A stretch of DNA of 64,000 nucleotides from Psilocybe cubensis (lineage: Eukaryota), in NCBI GenBank assembly GCA_017499595.2, contig CM039004.1, positions 1,054,001-1,118,000 of the forward strand. Reading direction: 5' to 3'. Both the position numbers and the translations under genes were made by a program. Positions 1 to 12,009 of this stretch are shown piece after piece; within the stretch, counting starts at the first letter, position 1, and each line of letters begins with the position of its first letter. A model generated the notes under the pieces. It worked only from the letters and a program-made list of their open reading frames with translations. It ran no database searches and had not been told where the DNA came from.

Positions 1-1221
1 GTTGGAAATGACCGTAAACGCGAAATTGAACAGCTGCTTTCTGATAATAAAATCCGGATTGTCATCTGTACAGAGGCATTAGGAATGGTGCGTCTGTATG
101 ATTTAATTTTACCAAATCTAATAACATACCTCAGGGATGCGACCTCCGCAATATTGCTCGAGTTGTCCTATGGGGGTTGCCTGAAACCTTCTGTTCTCTT
201 GTACAGAGAATTGGTCGTGCAGGAAGAGACCTCAATACAGATGCTGAGGCAATACTAATTGTTAATCCAGGAATAGCAAAGGGTGAAATTACTGAGGATG
301 CATTTAACGATACTATTGTCATGGCGGCTGCTGAAGGCGAGGCATTAAATCGGCCTATTAGTGAACAAGAACTGGATCGCTCTGTCGAAGCACTAGATGA
401 AGAAGGAGTCCGAATTGCAAATGCAGCTGAGTCAGATAACGAAGACGCTGATGCTACGTTTGCGATGACACCTTCTGTACGGCACTCCAAAGGCAAACGG
501 AAAGTGCAAACAAAAACAAACACTCACCTGCAAGAAACTCGGGCCTTGCTAAATTTTGTGATCACAAAAGAGTGCCGCCGAAAGATCTGGGATGCATTCT
601 TTAATAATGCAAGCAAACGTGAGTGTCAAGTTTCTTTTATTCTAATATTGTATAGTACTTACCTGAACATTAGTTCAGCTTATATATCAGGAAACGACAA
701 CGTATAACCCCACTACACATACTTCACGGTGCTGTGACAACTGTCAGCCTCATTTATTTCCATTGGACAATATAGTGCGACATCAACTCACCAGCTTAAA
801 GCGTGGACGCAAGAAAAAAATGCCAGAAGAAGAACAGAACTATATTCGAAATAAACTCTTCAAGTTCCGAGAGCATAATCTGATGGACGCGGTTTACAGC
901 AACCTATCAAGCTTTTCAAGTAGTATGATTATCTCCGATGAGGTAATTAATAAGATTGCAAGCTGTGGCGAGCTAATCAGAGATTATTCTCACCTCCGTC
1001 AAATTGTGCGATGGGGATTTGGCCATGATTCAAGCATTGATGGACCTAACAAGTGGGGCTTAATGCTTATGGAGGAACTAGAGAATATCAACAATGCTCT
1101 TGAGAACAGGCGAGTAGAAAGTTCAGAAAAGGAGAAGTCGAAGGACTCAACAAGTGTGCCTGCACCGTATGCTTCGATATCATTTGCAGATATATTGACA
1201 CCAGAAAACTTTTGTGATTAG
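1..1221 (+). CDS. RecQ-like SF2 helicase, 3' part (HELICc + RecQ-type Zn-binding region), truncated by window start
   Basis: Spliced translation gives IVICTEALGM|GCDLRNIARVVLWGLP...LVQRIGRAGRD (helicase motifs V/VI), then ECRRKIWDAFFNN...RCCDNCQP (RecQ Zn-binding signature). Introns about 88-134 and 619-673; stop TAG at 1219-1221. Confidence 0.85.
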
Positions 1222-4189
1222 TTGTATATACTTAACTCGTTTGCGATGCCCTGTACAATTGATACATAATAATCACCATCTGCACCTATAGGAAACTCTT
1301 CGTTGTCCATCAACAAATCCTCTATACTCATACAAAGATCTGAACCAATATCAATATCATTTCCGTCCTCAAACACACCTTTGTCATTCGCATTTTCGTA
1401 TACCGACTCTTCTGATAAATTTGATGATTTAGTCCCTCGATGCGTAGTCTTAATCTTTGCATACTTGAAGTTATGATATGCTGACGGTTTGTTTGCATAT
1501 TCCGAGCCGGCTTGAAGAAGGTCACGCGCTTCAACACAGTCGTCATTATTTTCACGTTTTGGTGTATAGGTTTGCAATGATTGAGCTTCCAAATGGGTAC
1601 GCAAGGTGGCAATGTCTGTTGCTGTTGTCGGAGTGGTGTGGCTAATGCTATTAAAAGGAGTGGAGTACTCCTTGTGCATGCGCCGCATCACATCGCGTAA
1701 TGCAAAAATGCAAACGGAGACCATTGAAAGCCACTGCCAACTGCGGTTTGACCCTTTGGCACTATAAATAATCTCATAACAAAAATCAGCCCATGATACA
1801 CAGAATACTATTGACTGACTGACAACCGACTCACTTTTAGCCAGAAGTTTTGATGCTCCTGCAATAGATCCATTTCTTTGAACCCATCCACTTTGCCACT
1901 GAGATTTGCAAGCCAGTTGTTGAGCCATGCGTCTCTGACAAAAACACAGTTAGCGAGGCGATATTGAAAATCACAACAACAACTTACCGAAGTGTCGAAT
2001 TCATCTTTTTTAGACGCATAACAATGCCAAACAATGCATCTGCGTATTTTGGCGTTTTCCCCGTCCCACGAAAGGCCAACATTAAATGTGTGCAAAGATC
2101 TAATACAACACCAACATCACCCTTTTTGATCGCATATTTGAGCTGGCGAAGATAAAGCGCATCACGATTGAAAAGAATGATGTTTTCGAGAGGAATATCT
2201 CGCATTTTGGTGGCCCGAAGTGATTGCACACGGCGTCCGGAGCAGTTTTTGTCCAAAACCAGCTGAGAAACCCTACGGACATCATCAACACTCGTAACAC
2301 CGGTCTTAATCCAGGTTTCTAGGCTTTCGTAGCCACAGTGAATTCGGAAAGCATCGAGTATGTTGGCCGGCAGTGTTAAATCAAGAATAAGCTCGTAAAC
2401 CGGACGGAAAGGGGCTGGCGACTTTACTTTCCATCCTGCAGAGATTGGTTTCCGAGCAAGCAAAGTATTGACTTTCCATAATGACCACGGCGATCGTGCA
2501 TTTGGTTTTCCCCAAAATTCATTTGCAATCATACGAGCGTGTGAGAATTTGAGGTGAAGAAGACCCTCCTGACCCTCTGTAAAGCGGCCAATGTTGTCAA
2601 GAAAGTTTGTGTCGTCACGCCGAATAGCCGATGCCTTCCAAAGTGCAACATTAGCGAGATGTAATATTACTATATAAACTGGCTTACCTTGTCCAATAGC
2701 GACAAGCTCAGTTGATCTCCAGCACAAATAATAATACCATGTCGTTTGACATCTTCCTCGGACATTTGAAGTGTCGTTTGCAAGATTGTAGAAAGAACAT
2801 TGAGTGTTCCGTCCAGACTCGACTCATCGATATGCATTGCCGGTAATGGGTACTGACGTGTTTGATGCACTGGAATTTGATGCACTGTTGGTGCAGGAAG
2901 AATGTGTGCGAATAATTTACTGCGTAGATCTGGAAATGCGTTATACAGAATGTCCTCGATGTGCCAAAGTTGCCCATTTTGCACACGGAAAGCCTCCTCG
3001 CAACTTGGCAGCAAATCGAGACCATCAAACTCTAAGACTTGAGGGCGTACCACACGCGGCGGTTTGAGGGACGTTGGAAGAGACCCAACCTCTACTCCAA
3101 ACAGCGGGACAAGAGTGGCAGTTGTACCATTATCGAAATGATCCTTTGCATCGTGGCGTTGTTGACTGACACGGAAGGCGAAATTGATGTTATCCCAAAT
3201 GATCATAAATGTAACCAGGTGGGCAATAGTCCGTGTTTCCTCAAGCAACTCGTCGCTCAGCTTTTTCAGCTTTTCAACAGCTTGTGAATACGAAAGTGTG
3301 AGTCCAGCGTGATTCAGAACATTAAAAAGCGACTTCGAGGTGCCGCAGGCCAATAGATATAGGCACATTGAAGTCTGAAAGTCGGTTGCATGCTCGCTCC
3401 GAGACTTGGCAAGCATACAAAAAACTGTAGCCAAAATCTGGTAAATTGTAAGCAACAAACATATGTTGGAACATAAAGTCAACACACCAGGTCATGTTGT
3501 TTGTGTTTGTACTTCTCCGACGAGGGTGGAAAGGCAACGACACGGAAATGGTTGTACAAAGTAGGTGCAATTCGTTCGGCATCCTGCAAGAAACCCGATA
3601 GAGAAAAGTGGGCAAGAGTTTCAAACATTGACTGGCCGCGGGATGGCGTGAATTCCGCAGCCAGAGCATCGGCCTCCATTGCAGCAAGCTGTCGGGTTGT
3701 TGACAGTGCCCAGTCAGTGGCTACAACTCGCTCACGGGCCATTATGTTGTCCAAGAGTGATTTGCCATGGTTCACAAGCATGCGTGAAACCTGCGATGAG
3801 CGAACTGGGTGTGTGGTTCTGAGAAGCGCGGACATAAAGGAGTGAAGGGTGTACCCGCCGTCATTGAGTAACCCCAGGTAATGGTCAATGTCCTCGTTTT
3901 CTTGCTGTTGTTGTGATAGAACCTTCACCTCTTTCTCCTTTCTACGTCTCTCCTTCTGCTCCTGTATATCCGACTGCGCTTTTCGCTTTTTGGTTTGGGG
4001 AGTAAGGCCGTCAACAAAAGAAATGGGTGTTGAATTGGATTTGAAAGGCGTGAGAGGCTCTCTTGACGGCGTGGTTTGACTGGGTGTCAGTTTTGGCTGG
4101 CGAAAGACAATCGTGGAAGCAGGGCGCCGTAACGGTGTTTTGTTTTCGTCGTTTGTACATTTGCGAGGTGTGCGAGTTGTGTATGACAT
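1218..4189 (-). CDS. DUF6589-type protein, putative DNA transposase (about 5 exons, apparently intact)
   Basis: ORFs 3479-4189, 2670-3485, 1984-2727, part of 1808-2095 and 1218-1928 join in frame through GT-AG introns. Motifs WDNINF...HFDNGTTAT, AGDQLS, GLLHLK and DLLQEHQN resemble the DUF6589 family. Confidence 0.75.
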
Positions 4190-4357
4190 AGTTGAGGAGA
4201 GTCTTTCAATCAGTCATGCGTCATTCAACACGGACGCGACGGGCGATACGCGCAGGCTTGGTATCACATGGTAAATCTCACGTGAGACTTTTATTACCAT
4301 TTTTATCGAAAAAGTGCCAAGAATCATTCTCATGTACTCGCTCACGGCTAAACCGTA

Positions 4358-4487
4358 CCAGTCTATATAGGTGAAATAGCTGGCGCCCGTCCCTCCTAGT
4401 ATATCCAGATAAATTTCATCACATAATTTCAACTGACTAATACTCGGAGGCCACATGTGTAAGCTAGCTATCACCTATAGAGACTGG
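4358..4487. repeat. 130-bp imperfect inverted repeat (hairpin)
   Basis: Left arm CCAGTCTATATAGGTGAAATAGCTGG...CTCCTAGTATATCCAGATAAATT; reverse complement of right arm CCAGTCTCTATAGGTGATAGCTAG...CTCCGAGTATTAGTCAGTTGAAATT; loop TCATCACAT at 4416-4424. Confidence 0.8.
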
Positions 4488-7400
4488 GTTCGAGTCTACT
4501 TCTCAGGCATATTCTACAATATCACTCTGAGATCTTGGCGTTGAATAATTTTTGGTCAGGCTATTATCTGCTAGGCTCTGGTAGGTCAAGTAGAGGAATT
4601 CACAGAGCGTAATATCTAATATCACTCATATGTTAAGCATAGAATAAAATTTGGACTTTTACTAATGTCCTCGGCCTCAATCGAACAGTGCTAATTAGGT
4701 AGAATTGAAAAACATGCGCTTGATTTTTCGCGGAGTTACGAACGTCAGCGAGCAACTGGCCGCCGACGGATAAATACGGACTGGGACTCTAATTAAGTAT
4801 GAGGCGACAAGATTGACAGCAAATAAAACCATCGAACGCCTGAATTGGAGAATCTTAGAGCATATGGGATCCAAAAGTCCGTTATTAAAATAACTTTGCT
4901 TTCAACATAGTACGTATCTCGAGGCGTATTCACTGATGCCATGACATCGGCATTGTGGACATAAAACTGTAAAATGGAGACCTTTCTCTGGACCCAGAAC
5001 TATGGAACGAGTGCTGATTTTTACGCTGTGCAAGCTCTCCCAGAGTAATCGTACGCGTAAGTTTTGTACCCCTGTAATGCTGTAAAACAGACATAGGTTT
5101 CGGCCGTCGGTGATACTTTCTTATCACAGTTTGTCGTATCTGAATATGTTTAAACTTCAGCATAGTCTGGATTTTATCACAGTCACTGGTGGGCAAGTGA
5201 TAGGATAAACAATAGCATGTCTGTCTGTCAATAACTATCACGGCAATTCACTTGGGAGAGTTGTCGACTGTGACCTCAGCGCGCTTGAAGCAAATAATCG
5301 AGCATCCTGAAAAGATATATGACCTCACAAGGTGCTGGCGCATTTGCCACATGCACATGGTGTAATGAGCTGAGGCGAAATAATTGATCGTGCTAGATAT
5401 AAAGCCGATATACTGTAGACCTTGGCTAATCTTGTGGCCAGTCTCGTGAGCGGACACAAGCCCCTGTACCAGACAAGTTAGAACCTGTGATAGTAGTTAT
5501 TAACGGGGCGGGGTATCAGTAGAGGTTTTTATCTCACCCCACTCACCCCATAGAGAAGGGGACTTGAAATGTGGGATATTTCTTATTTGAGGTGGACAGA
5601 CTTAAGTATACCATGTGGATTCTGATACTGAGCAAGCCTGGAAAGCTCTAAGCGGTGGAGTGTGGGTCAAAGGTTTGCTCATTCCGCGGTTCCGGACCAA
5701 AAAAAAAAACCGGGGATGTCGGTCTATTCTGCTTTCATTGTTTAAGAAGGTATTCATTATCGATTAACCATACAGACCAAAAGAGGCAAATGGACTGCGA
5801 GAATTCATCTTGATGGACAAAATAGACTCTGCAGCCACGTTATTTGCCAAGCCGGCGATCATTTTCGTTAAGTCCTGGAAGAGTCTTTGCAATTCAAAGA
5901 CCCATTAACACCGCAGGAAATCCAGCGAAAGCCGATGAAAGTTCATCTCAGATCACTTGTGAGTCTCTCAATTTGTCAAATTTCCGGATTCTTGGGATGT
6001 TGAAGGTAGTGAAACCCATTCATCTTATCACGACAACATCTGGTAGTAAACATAGCGGCATTCAGTATGACATTATGCTGGAATGGTAAACACTGCAGAT
6101 ATGTAACAGAGAGAGCAGCTCACGCCCTACAATTTTTTGCACATGTACGTGGTAAAATCTTATAAGTTTGAGTCATGTCAATGAACTCGTGCTCAAGTAT
6201 AGCACTGTACTCAGTGCAAATATGCAGCTTTTGTATCGTTGACGTCGTTTCACTTGAGCTACCCAAGTTTGCTAGATCTAGTGGTGCTTGTTCCATTAAC
6301 CATCCTAATTGTCTGTTCATTTACCCGGGATGAGCATACATGAGTATAATATTAACACTGACTTTGTTCCACGCATTCTTTACTAGGCGAGAGTGCAACA
6401 GTGGACTAGAAATAGAAAATTGCTAACTAATATATTTACATATCTGTTTTACCAGGGTAAAATCATGTAATCTTTTGAAGGATTTGAATCTTCTAAACAT
6501 AATTTAGATAGGTTTTTAGATCTTGTACTTCTATCCCTCAATATTCATTAAAAATGTCCTATTCTCTGTATAGTTCTTAGAAGGCATTCCGATCTCCACC
6601 AAGAAGTTTGTTTGAGTTTAAGTTTCGGGTTTGAATCTTCTGTCATGAATTGTTCTCTTTTTTTTAGTGCAGTCTTGATCTTCATATTTCTTCGAGTGCT
6701 TACACATTGTTATCAAATATCGTGAATCTTTGCAAGACGCGTCTTAGGTTAGACGCGTCGCGGTGTCCTTTCCGTCACGTGCATCAATTCTCGCGGAGCT
6801 GATTGGGGACACCCAACAATTTTATCAAGTTGACTTCAACCACAACGATTCTGGCCGAGACTAGCAAACACACCATTCATTAATTCCTTCGCCCAATCTT
6901 GTGCACGTATAAATCTATACTGGTATGCTCCTAAAGTCATGTTTAACTTCTGAAACCTCTGATCATCAATTTTATTATTCGTTCTATTTGATTCCTATAT
7001 ATACTCTCAAGAAATAGGAGTGCAGGCTCAACCTCCATAATCAAGAGAAAAATATCTTTTCTGAGCTAAGGATTGAATTCTCACTACTCGCGCAACAAAT
7101 TGCATCTTGACATATTCGAGAGACTATTTTTTTGGTTTCTGAACAGGTGAAGCACACTGTTATGCGCCTTCCGTTGAACTTATTCTAATGGACTCTGCGT
7201 ATTTTTATATCGAGGTGTTATCACAACTGCGAAACCTTCCACAAGTACTGGATAACGCCACCGAATCTCACGGTGAGCGCGTATTCATTGGCGTCAGGAA
7301 TAACACAGGGAGTTGTGAGATCACGAGCACAATTCTATCTTGACTCTAATTATTTCTGGCTGTGGACTGTTGGTTAATTTAACCTAAACAATTCACCTTT

Positions 7401-7602
7401 TCCGGGTACTCAACTCCCGGATGCTTCGCCCGACTCAAGACACTTTCTCAGCCTTGTTACAAACGGAGTCAATAGTCGGGGAACATCCATCATTCGACAA
7501 CTGACCCAACAACTGGCCCATTTTTATAGATACAACTTCACTATTTAATACCAAGTTGTGCCATTGACTGTGGTTCTCTTCCCTGGGTGTCTCTGGTTCT
7601 CA

Positions 7603-9042
7603 ATGTCTCTCTCACCATACCGCGGTCTTCCTCCAGAGCTCTTAGACAGGCTCTTTGATGAACTAAAAGTCAATTCTCGAGGCAACAAATCATACAGGAG
7701 AGACTCGTCCTTGAATCGGGCACTACGATCATGCCTCTTTGTTTCCAAATCCTTCAGACATCGAGCTCTCCGTATACTCTTTCGGCACGTCCACATTACC
7801 AATGGTTCTACAGAACTAGGATGCCACCGTGTGGGCCTTTTGCGCGGGTTGATTTCGCCGCCTTCAAACATACAACTCGAAGGCATTGGGCAATATATTG
7901 AGAGAGTATCCATAGCCTTCCGGACACACCACAAAGTCTCGATTTTTTCGTCGCCTTTGGAACATTATAATCGGATAAAGAAGTTCCTAGGGGATCAGGA
8001 CTTGATTTACATAATCCGGCGCCTACACGGAGACGGATATGGTATCAAGGAGCTGGAACTGTCTCTTCTTATAACGCGTGCTGGCAGGGGCTCCTGTGGA
8101 CTGAGATGGGATGAGCTCGACCGACAGTTTCGCCTCGCTCTCTGGGACCTGATTCAGTCACCTCATTTAAATTACCTTTGGATATCCGACATCCACCACA
8201 TTCCTCTCACACTCCTCGATAAATCACACGTTGAATATCTTCGTCATCACCAGTCTATTCTCGGGCAGCATATGTCCTTGTTCTCCCACTCGGCGCAGGA
8301 GCTACCCTACCCCATATTAGAGGTTTGCTTTAACAGTCATTCGGGCTCACATCGATCCAACCGGCCGTCTAATAGTCCCTTCCAAAACCTGAAGACATAT
8401 GCGTCACTCAGCAATGGGCCCGAACAGCTAAGCCTGACATGGGACGTCATCAACTCAGGTGCACAGTCCCTCGAAGCCGTCTCGATTGAAAATTATGGTC
8501 AGTTGATCAAAGCTCGACGTTTTGTCTGTTACGTGATCAGATAATCACTGACCTTCCAATCTAATCCAGGGAAATTTTCTGTCCCTCCTATGGCACTTAC
8601 CCTGGATCGTCTTGTGAATTTAACCTACCTATCATACTCTCAACGCCATATCCCATGGTTTACGCCAGAAAACTATGACCAGAATATCGGAAAACTTTCC
8701 CAGTTCCTAATAACAAAAGCACCGATGAAACACCTTGAACGCATCGATCTCGAACTCCAATGTCATGTAGCGGGCGTTCCGGATCCGTCGTTCGATGCCG
8801 AAACGGTCGCTCAATGGCGGCACTTTGATCATGTATTTTCTGGGCCTCAATATCCAGCTTTACAATATCTTTTTGTCAAGATCTTTGTTGAAATTATCCT
8901 GGAATCGATCTCGGATGATTTTGACGTGAATATTTTCACCGATTTGGCGACTTTGGAGTTGGAGCGCTGCTTCGTCCAGTTATCTACGAGAGACAAAACA
9001 GTCTTCAAAGTCGATGTGGGAGCTTCTGTAGAGGTCGTATAG
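7603..9042 (+). CDS. F-box-like domain protein of an agaric-expanded family (2 exons)
   Basis: N-terminal LPPELLDRLFDEL...LRSCLFVSKSFRHRALRILFR; intron 8498-8569; C-terminal W..FD..FSGPQYPAL motif. Confidence 0.7.
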
Positions 9043-9274
9043 TATTAGTGCCCAAGGCAAAGTGACAATAAACATGGTTTTTGAGGTCAACTCGCTGGTC
9101 AGATTGTGGTCGCCGTAGTGTTTCAAAATAGCAAATGATGGCAAGAGAAGGAAAGAGGTGACCCTAACCTCAGTGACGTGCATCGTGGAAAATCGGACTA
9201 AAGTTCCCACGCATATTTCCTTCCAACCAGCTCACCGACAGTCCTCCTCCTCCTCTGCAAAACTCTGCATTAGA

Positions 9275-10296
9275 ATGGTGTCCAGAATTGCTATCAGCGC
9301 TCTGAGAGCAGCTGGTCAGTGCGCTTTTGATTTTCTGACGAGTATACCGCTGATTATCCCTCAGCTCGCCCCAGAGCCTTCGTTGCTCTGCCTCAGAGCT
9401 ATAGCGCGTAAGACCGTCTCCGTGTCATGGGTTGTGACCACCGGCTGACCCTGTTTCTTGCATCTTTTCTGACAAAAGTCGGTCGATGGCCACCAATCCC
9501 CCTCCCTCGGAACGCGCGTCGGAACTCATCGAGAAGCTTCCTTCATCCCCCAACCTGATCACCAAAACCGGCACTGCTCTTCTCGGTGTCGGTGCTGCTG
9601 CCGCGGCCATTTCTTCGGAACTCTACGTCGTCAACGAAGAGACAATCATTCTCGTTGCCTCCGCCATCGTGTTCACCTACATCGCTAAGGTGCGTTTTCC
9701 GGAAATTGTAGGGAAATGATGTCAATTCATGACTGCTTGGTGGGCTTGTGTAGGTCATTCGTGAGCCATACACCGAGTGGGCCGACGGTCACGTCCAGCG
9801 CATCAAGAAGATTCTCAACGACGCTCGTGCCGAGCACACTGGTGCCGTTAAGGAGCGCATTGATTCCGTTGGACAAATGAAGGATGTCGTCTCTGTCACC
9901 GAGGCTCTCTTCGCTCTCTCCAAGGTACGCTCTACGCGTCTTACTCGGGGTATTCCTTCTCATATTATATGGACACTTCTATCTGTAGGAGACTGCTAAG
10001 CTTGAGGCTGAGAACTTTGTTCAACACCAAAAGATAACCATGGCCGCCGAACTCAAGTCTGTTCTCGACAGCTGGGTCCGCTACGAGCAGCAATTGAAAG
10101 AGAGCGAGCAGGCTGACCTCACTAAGACCGTCATCGACAAGGTTGTTGCTGCCCTCAAGGATGAGAAGACTCAAAAGGATATTTTGGCCAGCGCTGTCGC
10201 TGAGATTGAGCGTACGTGGCTCGAATATTGCCGTTTGTTTTTCACGCTAATTCTATCTTTTATGGAACAGAACTCGTCAAGAGCAAGGCTATCTAA
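9275..10296 (+). CDS. ATP4: Mitochondrial ATP synthase subunit 4 (b)
   Basis: Presequence MVSRIAISALRAARPRAF, then ISSELYVVNEETII, HTGAVKERIDSV, ETAKLEAENF and AELKSVLDSWVRYEQQ; several GT-AG introns. Confidence 0.95.
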
Positions 10297-10495
10297 TTTT
10301 TTCGACGTCTCCCATGTATAGTGCACACTTAGACCTATTGCAATGATTGAGGAACTCGAAAGTTGATTAGAACTTCAAGGCATACCTAATTGTGCCCTCT
10401 TGCAGTGAACCCTGACCAGAGGTTTGTTAACGTCATTGTTCAAGTGCCGAGCCTTTGGATTTGCCACACTCCAGAATCAATTGTGGAAATGATGC

Positions 10496-12009
10496 CTATT
10501 GTTCGTCAAAAATTGACACAGCTACTAACACCATAGATTCCACCGTAATGGAGAAGTCCACTGTCTTCGAGTCATTCAAGCGAGGAAATTCGTCCTTCAA
10601 TCTCCTGGCGGTAAATTCCAGAAATGCCTGATTATCAAAGTCCTTGAAAGCTGGATGGACACGGATGGTTACACGAAATCCCAAGGACACCTGCTTCAGA
10701 GAGGGGTATTTTGGTCCTGACAGCAGTTTGTCGAGTTCGTCCCATTGCCGATTATCCGACTTTTCATCGGGAAAAAAGAAATTGGTTGGGACGTTGTATT
10801 CCTGGAATTTGAATTCAATTTCAAGGTGTTCGAATGTTTCCATTGGCACAGGTACATTGAGAAGGTCATAGAGTCCTATCAAGCTTCGATCCGTGCCGGG
10901 AACATAAGGCGTAAATGAAGTGCGATTGTGAGTTAACACAAAACCCTTGAGATGATTCAATTTGCCTAAGTTGAAGTCAGGTGGGGGTCCCTCAATATGA
11001 CCTATCAGAAGGTTGAAGGGTATGACAAGAAAACAAAACTGATCTTCTTACCCATTTGATCAAGTTGAAGGTTAGCCAAGAAGGGTGAGGCTGCTATTAT
11101 CTTCCATGTCCTTTGAGAGTCATCTTGAGAGCCTATGAATGTGACCAAGATTCTGAGGCGTGCAAATAATGAAGTACTCTGTAAGTGCTCCCCATCTGTA
11201 CCAAACGGATATGTGTGATCTGTTATAAAAATCTCCAGAGGTGGGTCGGGGAGATTTATGTCGCCCAGGTTGGGAGCGGAAAAATCAGAGGCATCAGAAT
11301 CATCAAGCAACTGATAGACCTGGAGAACTTTAATTTGTGCACCTTTGATAAAAGTGGATGGGAGACGAGATATATGTGCAATTTGAAGATGGATTAATGA
11401 CCGTGATCGAACGAGGTTCCGTAGCGCCTGTTGAAACCCGGCGTCTAGCGTTGTCCAATCCACCGAATCGTCTGGTTTGATATGCAAGAAAAAAGCACAC
11501 AGGTTTGGCGCGTTTGTGTAAAGCGTGCGGAAAAGGTCAATCACCCACTGATGTCCCATTACGTCTCTGATCGGCGTCTCCCTGCCCAATACGCGGTAGG
11601 AATCATCGTCATGCTCAAATCCCGGCAGGAAGGATACTGTGATTTCCTGCAGATGGCGGCCCGCGCTATCGAAGGCAGGTCCAAATGGTGATTTAAGAAT
11701 TTCTGTGAGTGCTCGAATGCGATCCAGTGAGAGTTGGTTATGTGCGGTGACTGCCAGCCGTCTGAAGAGTATCGAGAGAGAACGGGTTCTGAAGGCACTG
11801 GAAACAAAAAGGAAGGATCGTAAGGTCCTTTGGTGCTCTAGAAAAGTGTCCCGGTCCTCAGGAGGCGTTCCTATCTCATCGATGATAAGATCCAGAACTT
11901 CTTGAGGCAGAATGATACCATGAGCAGGCTTTATTGGTTCAATAGCCAAAGAACCTAATGACTTGACGAGTGCGTTTGAAGTATGTGGTAATTGTTTTAC
12001 ATCCATCAT
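10496..12009 (-). CDS. F-box-like domain protein, paralog of 7603-9042 (2 exons)
   Basis: LPQEVLDLIIDEI...LRSFLFVSSAFRTRSLSILFR; intron 11002-11051; WDELDKLLSGPKYPSL motif. Confidence 0.7.

Larger units (their letters stand above)
1..4490. mobile_element. Putative end portion of a large DNA element carrying a helicase and a DUF6589-type gene
   Basis: Two convergent genes with no spacer, followed by a long palindrome and then about 3 kb without recognisable genes. The other end would lie outside the window, so TIR/TSD cannot be verified. Confidence 0.5.

Noticed and set aside
4482-4510. GACTGGGTTCGAGTCTAC...CAGGCA resembling a tRNA T-arm/3' half (possible insertion target)
   Set aside because: The T-stem does not pair properly and no D-arm or anticodon arm is present; part of it is explained by the palindrome arm.
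4930-6320. Several 60-100 aa ORFs in the gene-poor interval
   Set aside because: No recognisable motifs and no consistent splice chain.
9160-9172. CCCTAACC telomere-like or telomerase-template-like motif (also CTAACCC near 12847)
   Set aside because: Single short occurrences, not tandem and shorter than a convincing template.
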